The notes under the pieces: model-generated | The model's input: the letters and a program-made list of their open reading frames with translations, nothing else | Told to the model about the DNA's origin: nothing | Databases searched by the model: none | From: Lytechinus pictus | Taxonomy: Eukaryota | DNA length: 64,000 bases | Reading direction: 5' to 3' | Assembly: GCF_037042905.1 (NCBI RefSeq) | Contig: NC_087249.1 | Location: 3,534,001-3,598,000 of the forward strand | Translations under genes and position numbers: made by a program | Shown: positions 42,901 through 53,145 of the stretch, in pieces | Numbering within the stretch: position 1 is the first letter of the stretch | Layout of the letters: each line of letters opens with the position of its first letter

Positions 42901-45900
42901 AAAATATATGGAACAAATAAATATGATCTCATGAAGAATTATATAATTACAATAATGCAAACGAAATTATTTTTTTTTCAGAATATGCTACTCACTGATC
43001 CTGTGAAAACCGGAGAACACCATCTCACCGATGATTAATGCCTAACAACAGTTATACCTTTCAAGTGAAACAATAATAATAATGAAATAATTTGTCTTGT
43101 GAATTTGTCCTGGTAAGAAGGGATATAAGTGCAAACTTCAAAATATAGTCTTTCTTGGTCAACATGATCAATTTAAATGTCTATATCATTTTTCTGCCTT
43201 AACGTGTTTAGGAAGGATACTTGGATAGAAATAATCTAGATACTTCTTATTTGTTTGAAATACCTTAGAAAATTTGACTTTCTTCTATTTGTTTCAGAAC
43301 TTAACCAAACTCCAAGATGAATCATCGAAGTTGGAGAAGGAGAAATCAAACCTCACCAAGCAACTGGAGAGTCGCCAGCTTGTGTGCCAGGTGTGTGTGC
43401 CATTGGCAATTCATTCCAATTCCAAGTGATTGGTCTTTATTCATGCAGAGCACCCCAAAAAATCCTCCACATTTTCTTATGAAAAAAGGACGAATTGTAT
43501 AAAATTACACGACCGGGCCTTTCCTTTATATTCACACTCATACTACTTTGTCTTTCTTTAATAATAATTTCCCCCTTTTTATCGTAACTTGGAAAATATG
43601 GGGAGGCTCGTAACACCTGTCTATCTAAGCTGTACCCTTCCAGGTTTGGGCTATATAAAAGTTACAGATGAAGAGGCAGTTTCTAATTACGGATAGAAGA
43701 AATAACCTTGTTCTTTACATTCAGAGAACAATATTTTTTTTTAGCAAGATATAAATTTGTGTTTGACAGCAATTCGAAGAATATCTGGCCGCAGCGACCG
43801 AAGAAAGTGAGAGACACATGGAACTAGCTATGAAGCTGAAGGCAGAAAATGAAGATCTTTCCCGACAACTCACCAAGACTCAAAACCAGAAGGTATCAAA
43901 GCAGGAGACAAAAATCAATTTGATTATTAGCGATTTCATTGAATTGCGTTTGATGGTCATTTACACAATTTCTTACATTAAATTCGTGCCTTTAATTCCA
44001 GAGGGGACGGGACTGTGAACAAGTGGACCGCTTGTTATAATGATCGAAGCTTTTAAAATCCCAGTACAACGTTTTTTTTATATCATTATATTTCAATTTT
44101 TATTGTATTGTATTTTTATGGAGTTTGTAAACTGTTCTGTTGGAAATTAGAAAAAAAATAAAACTGAAACTGAACTGAAACCAGATTTCGCAATTACTAA
44201 CAACGATAAAAAGTCAGCCACTTATAACTTTATTATGATAAGTCAAGCCTTTTATAACAATTAAACATTAATTGAATCAAACAAAACCTTTATAATAATG
44301 GCATCAACTTTTTAAACTGATTTTAGGAATCAAGCTCATTTCAGGCAGTGACTCCTAAAACAGTTAAACGCACTGGCCAACAAGTCGAGGAGCTTCAAAA
44401 TGTCAAAAAGGGACTTGAGCAGAAACTCAGCAAGGCCGAAGACGAAAGCTCGGTAAGATTAAGTTGACATACCAGAGCTTATATTTCTATTCCCAGAAAA
44501 GACAAAATAAGATAGCTGTAATTAGTGTCATTTTCTAAAAGCAGGATATGATAAAGAAAGTCAAAACTCAACAATCTGGACCCCTTCCCCGTCAAATGGA
44601 TCGTTCCCCAATTTGCCATACCCAGAAATGTTGAAATCAGAAACAATTTGTTTCTAACATTGAATTCTTATAACCATGTATATTTATTACTTGATGTGAA
44701 TTTATTTCCATTCAAATGTGAACGACATATAAATTTTAACATATTAATAACAACAAATTCAGGAAATAATTAATGCAATAGAATGTCTTTGAATTAAGTC
44801 ATTGAATAAAATTACAAATTACGTCGAATCGAATCCGTTCGTAATTTCTAAGATGTACAAAATATACGTGTTTGGTTACCAAATCTTAATTTTCCTGCAA
44901 ATCACAATTAGCAACTGGTCATGAAAAATCAAATCATCGGTACCAGAGTGAAGGACTTGGAGAAGTTGGTGAAAGAGACTGTGGACAAAAACATCAAGCT
45001 TGAACATGAAATAAAGGTAATCAAGTTTGTTCGATTATTTAACTCCAAGAGTGGGGATTCTGCATGCCTGCTTTAAAAATGAGGTTACAGAAACCATTTG
45101 GAACTTTAGAAAACAAGAAATGAGACAAAATGCTTGGGCCTAGTAATAATGAGCAGAAACCTGTGGTCTTGTCATCTGACTACTCCATCCTCTTTCCTAC
45201 CGTCGCGTTATCAAAATTCTCTTCTATCACTTCGTCAGACCTCAAAGAATAGGAACACCAATTCGTATTGTAAGCTCTAAATGATGTTCAGTGGTGCTAA
45301 AAAGTTAGTAAACCCTACCGGAAAATGAACACATATACAGTCCATGTCTTTATGTGATATTGTTGAGTCAGGGAGCGAGGCTGTGTGTCGTGGGTGTGTG
45401 TCGATGATAAGAAAATGATGAAACAAAATTACCCCCCCCAAAAAAAAAAATTACAAAAAAGGTAAACTCAATTAAAAAAGAATATTAGTAACTCAAACAC
45501 ACAATTCATAAAATTCCCATCTCACATTGCAGAAAGCTACTTCCAAACCTGCTCAGTCGCAATGTGTCATCGAAGATCTTACTAAGAAAATGGACGAGCT
45601 TGAGAGAGAAAGGGAAAAACTGACAGAAAGGCTTCAAACTGCTGATATTGAAAGCAAGGTAAATAGTGATATGGAAAAAAAGAAGAAACAGGGGAAGAAA
45701 TACATAATAGAAATAAATTGATGGTCTCACAACATGATCAAGTTTGAATAAGTTTTTATCATGAACAGCATTGGAATGTATGAAGCAAGATGTGCAGTAG
45801 CAGACATCGGTGGAGAAAACTTGATATTAAGAACTATAGATGACTAATACAGTTTCAGGGTGCCGGATGTCGATACTTTTTTCTCATGAATATGAGACGT

Positions 45901-48900
45901 ATTCAGTCATGACTTTCTAGCTCTCAGGTGGTAAATCTGTCACAGAAGTAGGCTTTAATTTCCAGAGAAAATCATTTTGAATATGTTTCCACGTTAGGAT
46001 TTAACTGATAAAACCGAGGCAGCCTTGGAAAAGACGAGAGAAATGGAAGAGCTAAAGAATGAGGTGGAATTAAAGAACAAGAAACTGGAGTTCGATGTCA
46101 CGGTTGGATCTTACCTAGAATAGTTGAATATTTGATATTTGATACATACTGTCATTTCTCACTAGCATTATCCTCTTTTCCATTCATATTTCCAATTTCT
46201 AAATTTTTGCTTATTACCCTATTCTTAATTCATTTTTCAAATTCTTATACTCACCTTTCCCAACCACTGCGTTTTGTTTCGAAACAAAAAACAGCATTTT
46301 TACAATGGTTTGCATTGTTTTCATTGCGTCATATTATTACGGTTTGATAAAGAAACAAATAAATAAATCAAGTTTAAAGAATTGTTCAACAGAGCTAGCA
46401 TAGTAATTCAAAAAGAATAGAAATGCTACATTATTAGAAATAATTTATCTTATCAAGCTATTCTGATTGCCTACATTTATTCAGTTTACGAAGAACAAAG
46501 TAGAGACTGCATTCTCAATGGTCGATGATTACAAGAAAGATGTCGCCGATATGAAGGTCCATAACAGAGGTCTCAAAAATCAGGTGGATTTCCAGAAAAA
46601 TAAAGTTCAGGTGAGATGTAACTTGATACAACTTTGTTAAGATTAGTCTAGTCATGATATTTACTCGAGTTCCTTAAACACAGAAAATTATTACATATTC
46701 TTGACTGAAAATTTTCTTGTCGTTTTCTTAATATGTTGACTACATCCTGCAGGATCTTGAAGGTCAAGTGTCTAAGCTGAAGGAACAAAGTGCCTCGCTG
46801 GAAAAGAAACTGGAAGACGCAGAGCAAAGGGTAAAATACACGGAAGACCTTAAGGATAAAGAGATGGACTACCTTAAGGAGAAAGGGATGAACGACCTTA
46901 AGGAGAAAGAAACCGAAATTAAGAAAGTGAGATACCAACTCGAGGCAAAGACGGTAAAGTTTGATGCGATGGAGAAAGAGAAGAATAATCTGCAAGGGAA
47001 GGTCTCTGAGATGAGGAAGCTAAAGGAGGTACTGGAAGTAAAAGTAGCAAAGGCCGAGACAAGAGAGAAAGGGGTGGAGGATGAAATGGAGGTAAGTATG
47101 CCTTTAAAATGCTTGTATGGTTCTAAGAAGTTCGTTCTTGAGATAATGTGTCATATCAAACGCTGATCAGGGCATATCTTGTCAGAATCCAAGACCAGGG
47201 GCTCTCATGGGTTGAACCATGCTGAACTTCGGACCCATTCTTCTTGAAGTTGCATTTCTCGTGTAAGTTGATTTTGTCTATGTCCCCCGCCCGTCTTCCC
47301 CACTAGCGAGAGTAATACTGTATCGGCCTTCTTTAGGTTCATGATACGTCCTCCCTGCAAACCCTTTGAAATAATCTTTTTATCAGTTCATTGAAAAATT
47401 AGTTGCAAATATGTTTATCTCTTTATTTATTTCACACTATTATACTATAGGCTATGAAAGCTGCTCTGAACACGGCAGCTGTTGAGTATGGTCTGCTTAC
47501 TAATGTCGGGGATACACTCACAATCACAGACTTGTGCCAGTCACTTGATGGCATGAGGCAACTCAATGCACATATGAAACTCGAGATGATCGACTTGGAG
47601 CAGGCTAAAGCCAATCTTGAAGAAATGGTAAGTGAAATATGTAGAGTTAAAATAAAAAAATATATACCATGAATGCGTCGATTATGATAGTATGTCAGCA
47701 GTCAAACCATTAAATTGACAACCAAAGGTAGCAAAAGCTTAAATGAAACAGAATTTGAGAAATCGAGAGGCATACATGGGTAAAAGAAATTTGGTTCCGA
47801 CACTGAGAAATAGCCATAGAATCCATCCTCCCACAGTGGAGCGAAATAAAATTCTTCGACCTTTTATTAACGTAATGCTTTTTATTCTTTTATAATATTA
47901 ATCTATTTCTTTTTTAATGAAAATATATATATATAAAACAAAATAAATGTATATCATACTAATCTTGTTTTACTTCATACAGTTGAAGACGAGTGATGCT
48001 TATTTCAAGAGTGGGGATTCTGTTGACGAAAAAAGGTAAATCGTTTATACTGTTAATTTATTGATACTAGATAAATAATAATAGTCAAACCATTAAGTAA
48101 AAGCTCAGATATAAATACTTGCTGCAACACGCACCATCGTGAATAATACTAAGCTCAGATATTTTGTTAAGTGTTTGATTTGCGTGTTTGCGTGTTGCAG
48201 CAAGTATTTAAAACTCAGATATAAATACTTGCTGCAACACGCACCATCGTGAATAATAGAAGCTCAGAGATTTTGTTAAGTGTTTGATTTGTCGTCGCTA
48301 ATTGTTGGCAAAGGGTCATAAGATCGTGAAAGTTGAAAGATGAATCAAATCAGGTGAAATCGTCAGTTAATCCTAATCCAGTGCTTCTCAACCTTTTTTT
48401 TACTCGAGGAATCTAAGAGTTTTTTCGAGGCCGACCTACTAAAATAAAAAAAAGGATATGACTACTTGTCTCGACTCAAAAATTGTCTCGACAATTATAA
48501 AGAGCATATTAGTGCGTAACTTTATGATCTTCTGCTGCAGTGACTGAGCCAAAAATTGAGGGGGTTTGATACGACAGTTTTATTACAAAAATCCAAGTTT
48601 GTGATAGATTTTGACACAATATTAAAAAGATAATATCATATTTCACCCTTATCCCTTTTCTTTCCTTTCCTCTTTTTTTTTCTTGGTCATGAAATATTTG
48701 GGGCCAAGAGCCACCCCCCCCTTATCTGTATGCAAAAGACTTTTCAATAGTAGATTTGTTTCCTCCCTCACCCTTTCGCTTTAAAACACGGTCCATTTTG
48801 ATGAAAGTATGTTTCATGAAAATTTTCCCCCTATTTATTTTTCTTCTCTGGAGCTTCTCGCGGCCCACCGGTTGAGAAGCGCTGTCCTAAATCATACCTG

Positions 48901-50394
48901 CTGTATTGGTTATCATAAAACATAATAAAAACTCAGTAAAGAGGTTTTAAAAATCCAAAACAACCCCTTAATATCCCGTTTTCATTAATACTAAGATCTT
49001 ATTCATGTCTAAATTGCAGCATCGGAGCGCGTGAAAGGACTGAACTGAAGGAGACAATAAAAGATCTTCGATTCCAGGCTTACAAACAGGAGCATCTCAT
49101 CAAGAAACTCAGATATGAAGTCTCAGAGTGAGCACTATACATCACAAATATTCTATGGATAAGTACCTTTAATCACTGAAGACTCCACGTTATTGCCATT
49201 TTTTCCAAGATAAAAGTATAGCTTGACCTACTAAACATGTGTTTTCTTTGGGTAACGCGTACCAAGTGTATGTGCCAAACAGTTTTGATAGGGTCTTTCA
49301 CGAAATATGATAAATGACATAATTTGGCGCGAAGCGTAATCATTCTACCTTTTAATCCCGTTTTTCCCACCAATTTTTACCTGTAATGTATACTTTCATC
49401 AAGCATTTTCATTCCCTTTCTCCACTTATGCGTTTTTAGATTTCACGATTTCATATTGAAAAAGCAGGACACGAAGTTTAGCGACATGCCTTATGTCGAC
49501 AGAGCAGTGGTCATGCGTATTTACTCCGATGTCGAACTCAAATCCATCGATGCTGCTGACCTCTCCTTCTTACCTAAAGCCCAGGATGATGACGACGAGG
49601 ATGAGATCGGGAAAGGTGCTTTCGGGAAGGTGTTCTTGAGGCAATACAAAGGCCAGGCCGTCGCCGTCAAGGTTCCGTATATAAGCGAACGGGTGAATGA
49701 TGAGGATGCTACGAAGCGGATGATGCGAATCAAAGCAAACCATGCTCGTACCACCATGGAAGCTTTAGTTCACCTTGCACTTGCTGACCATCCATCTTTC
49801 CCAAAGACAATCGGTGTCGTTGACATTGATGGGGCCCCTTCACTCGTTCTGGAGTTCCTCGGCGACAAGGAAACAGGTGACGTCTTTTCCCTTAGCCAGG
49901 CCATCAAACATCCCAGCCCTTCACTAAGGCAGAAAGACTGGTTTGGTATCATCACGGACATCGTCAACGGAATGAAGGCAATGCATGCTAAAGGTCTCCT
50001 CCACAACGATCTAAAACCCAACAACGTTCTTTTGCAGTGGGACTACAATGATAAAAGATGGCATGCTTTCATCATTGATATGGGCAAAGTGTCCACCCAG
50101 ACCGTACCTCTCAAACATCGTCACATGCCTGACGATGACCGCGAGCAGTACAAAGAAGGCTCCATGTTTCAGCATCTAGCTCCAGAATATATGTTGGACC
50201 AGCAACCCATGTCTGTTCAAACTGACATCTTCTCTATGGGAAAGATAATTGGTCGGATCGAGGGAAAAGTGATGAACAATCGGATCTTGAGAGAGTTAGT
50301 CGCTGAGATGACGAATGTTAAACCACGTCTTCGACCATTATGGAAGGACATTGAGAAGGCAGTCGCAAAAGCTCGGAAGAAGTGTCTGTCATGA
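24954..50394 (+). CDS. Giant coiled-coil protein with C-terminal Ser/Thr-type (non-RD) protein kinase domain, ~43 coding exons, ~1,940 aa
   Basis: Exons in one continuous frame: 24954-25001, 26755-26895, 27376-27516, 28110-28181, 28603-28725, 29187-29246, 29522-29626, 30048-30152, 30812-30916, 31110-31211, [gap], 32551-32625, 33011-33115, 33538-33642, 34243-34338, 34523-34627, 34814-34897, 35137-35262, 35517-35642, 36140-36235, 36559-36687, 37189-37293, 37736-37852, 38426-38554, 38888-39004, 39429-39554, 39954-40070, 40501-40629, 41149-41265, 41726-41851, 42183-42299, 42773-42898, 43298-43390, 43770-43892, 44327-44452, 44912-45016, 45533-45658, 45998-46102, 46485-46610, 46753-47091, 47451-47627, 47983-48035, 49020-49127, 49440-50394. 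The peptides are E/K/L/Q-rich with heptad periodicity, and splice phases are consistent through to the kinase exon. Confidence 0.85.
26289..26515. mobile_element. Short MITE-like repeat (CAGGGGCGGATCCAGG family)
   Basis: Starts CAGGGGCGGATCCAGGATTTT and ends in a degenerate inverted CCTGGATAAGTGTCC. A related copy lies at about 28780-28998 (CAGGCGTGGATCC...GGATCTGCTCCTG). Confidence 0.55.
31517..32353. other. Assembly gap (837 N)
   Basis: Run of N inside the coiled-coil kinase gene; it may hide one or more exons. Confidence 1.
33811..33995. repeat. (AGT)n imperfect microsatellite
   Basis: AGTAGTAGT array in an intron; it explains the poly-L and poly-T ORFs in the ORF track. Confidence 0.9.
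48101..48291. repeat. Local direct duplication with an intervening inverted segment
   Basis: An ~80-bp unit (CTCAGATATAAATACTTGCTGCAACACGCACC...GTGTTTGATTTG) occurs twice. The spacer TGCGTGTTGCAGCAAGTATTTA is the reverse complement of the unit's start. Confidence 0.85.
48379..48884. mobile_element. hAT/Charlie-like MITE
   Basis: TIRs CAGTGCTTCTCAACC / GGTTGAGAAGCGCTG; near-identical 8-bp flanks TCCTAATC / TCCTAAAT(C). Confidence 0.8.
49440..50394 (+). CDS. Intronless terminal exon encoding the protein kinase domain of the coiled-coil gene
   Basis: Contains GKGAFGKV (Gly loop), VAVK, the alphaC Glu (MEA), HNDLKPNN (catalytic loop), DMG, HLAPE and DIFSMG. The acceptor TTTTTAG|A at 49439/49440 is phase 2 and compatible with the upstream exon. 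Confidence 0.93.
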
Positions 50395-52327
50395 CCCTTA
50401 GCTATTTTGGATAGCTAAGGTTGTTTATATACTATTTTGAAGATGAAAATATCCTGGCATTCAATTCTCAGTATTGCAGAAATTAAAATTAAGATTATAT
50501 TCAATATAGGAATAGATACACACAAGATGACATAATGTAGACCATTATCATGATTGAATTCAGAAGTAGGCCTTAAAAAGAAAAAGCTTTATGAAACATG
50601 AAATCAAAGTCCATCGAGAATCATCAATAACGCAGCATTACGAAATGTTTTCTTTATATTGTGTGCAATTAATGAAAAGTTTGATATATAATCTGCTGAT
50701 TTTTATCTGCAACATCAGAATGCCATAGGAATCAGGAATAGCTATCTAATTGAAGGGCAAAACGAATTTGTTATATAGTTATACCATTGTTATGTTATTG
50801 ATGGTTTCTTCTTATATTTTGCATTAGGAATGATGATAGAAATGGCTTCAGAAAGTTGACAGAACCGAGCATTGACCATTGAACAAATGATAAGAATAGT
50901 AGGAAGCTATAAGTGATAAGTCTGAAAAAGCGTCTGATCACATTATATATAAGTGATTTTTTCGAGTCTTTTAGTACTGTAGGAATCCACTTCTCATGCT
51001 AGCCAACTCTTTCTTCCTCACAGGCTTCCAGAAATTGCTTTTAAGATCTTCGCATTTCCTTGACCAGTTAGAACTCGACATCTTTCTCCGTCTTGGAAAT
51101 AAAAAGTGATTAGAGGTAGTTTCTGTGATCTGTTTGTTGCGTGATTGGAGGTTGGCGTGGAGTTGTGGATTTCAGGCGGGAAGGGAATTGGTAAATCACG
51201 TGACAGACGGTTCTGGGGTCAAAGGTCGACGAATGTCCCTTTGCCTCAGAACAAGAAGCAAAGAAGAAAGTTAAGAAAGGCTGGTGCTTACAAGATTGAA
51301 AAGTGTAAAACGGTGTTTTAAGAAAAGCTTGTATACATGTAAAATGTAAATAAAATTATTTATTCTGTTGAAGATCATTTAGCATGTGTCTTTTTTTAAG
51401 GAAGTTTTTAATAGTTTGTTTATCTTGGACAGGAGCGAATGCGAAAGGTAAACACAGGTAAATGGCCGGTAATAATGTTAAGAAGAGGGGAAAAGAGATA
51501 GATAGATATGTAGAGAGAGAGATAGAGGGGGGGGGGAGAGGAGGGATGGGGAAGAAAGAGAAAATAGGGGAGGGAGAGTGGGGTGGGAAGATGATTTGGA
51601 ACCTAGTCATAAAAATATCAAGACAAACATATGATACAGCGATATCTTTTAAACTCATGTTTATTTCAACATGCTCTAAACATCTGACAAGAAGCAGTAT
51701 GATAAAACATTCCATGAATAAAGAAATGATAAATAATGATATTTTTGTTAATAGATGACTGTATGATATAATAAAAAAAACAGTAAAATTATGCAAAAGT
51801 AAAAACACAATCTGTAAGATTATTTTGTGAAGCTTATAACTTTTAAATACGAATAAATCATGACAATTGAATAAGTGTACATTTTTAAGGACAGCCTTTA
51901 TCTGTATACTAGACTTTATATTCTATAGGAAATGATGAATGTACTGATCAAGAGAAACGTAACAATATTATAAAGAATAAAAAGTATAATGCAAAGTTTA
52001 AATGACTTTAAATGCATTGGTACCACGAGCTGTCGCTCTTTCTTTCATACAAAATTACGAAAATAAATAACATGTCATCAAAATAATCAACATGATGAAA
52101 TATTGCACATAATTGCAATTTAAGTCATACACGTTATTTCAATTTTATGTTAACATTTCTTTACTATTGTAAACATTTATGTGTTTTGATGGACTTCGCA
52201 ACTGTGCTCGAACATTTTCATTATTATGATCGTTATCAAACATGCAATGTTATTACAAAACTCTTTTTATCACACAAAACGCTTTTATATTAAAAATAGG
52301 GAGTATATAATATGGATAAGCTTTTAA

Positions 52328-52878
52328 AGGACAAGTCCACCCCAACAAAAAGTTGATTTAAATAAAAATAGAAAAATCCAACAAGCATAACACTGAAAAT
52401 GTCCTCATAATCGGATGTAAAATAAGAAAGTTATGACATTTTTAAGTTTTGCTTAATTTCACAAAACAGTTATATGCACATCCCAGTCGGTATGCAAATT
52501 AGGGAACTGATGACATCACTCACTATTTTTGTGTATTTTATCATATGAAATATTCTATTTTTCTCCTATAACATGTAGAATTACCATTGATTAACATTTT
52601 ATGGTTCAGGCAAGTTGGTCCTTATTTTCAAATCTCTGAAAATTGAAATATTGTATAAGTCAAACAGTAAAAAAAAAAAAAAAAATAGTGAGGGACATCA
52701 TCGATTCTCTCATTTGCATGTGACTTAATTGTGCAAATAACTATTCTGTGAAAAATAAGCAAAATGTCATAACTTTCTTTTATTTTTACATTAGATTTTG
52801 ATGAGGTTTTTAGCATTATGCTTGTCTGATTTTTCTCTATTGATTCGAATAAACATTTTTCTTAAGTCAACTTGACCT
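52328..52878. mobile_element. Kolobok/T2-like MITE, TTAA target site
   Basis: TTAA|AGGACAAGT ... ACTTGACCT|TTAA. It has long internal inverted arms (AATAAGAAAGTTATGACATT / AATGTCATAACTTTCTT) and is related to 3893-4487. Confidence 0.85.
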
Positions 52879-53145
52879 TTAAGAACTGACTCAAACTGTA
52901 AAAAGTGGAAATCAAATGAAGCTGTCAAGAGGTAGAACAAAATTCTTCTTTAGTTTTTAGTAGATTGAGTACAGTAGAATAAGTAAAATAAATTGAGAAC
53001 AGACATACTTTGATAACCATTTCACTTGGTTTCAGTCAATTTGATTTCAGAATTTTTGCTGGTCGACAATCCTTCTTTTAATGACTGAGAAGAGTACTTT
53101 AAAACTTTCAAGTCCATATTAATCATTTGATTTGCTTGAAGAATA

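Noticed and set aside
49456-50394. Stand-alone 312-aa kinase gene
   Set aside because: The ORF starts at TTG. A good acceptor at 49439 joins it in frame to the upstream exons, so it is better read as a terminal exon. An internal ATG start cannot be excluded.
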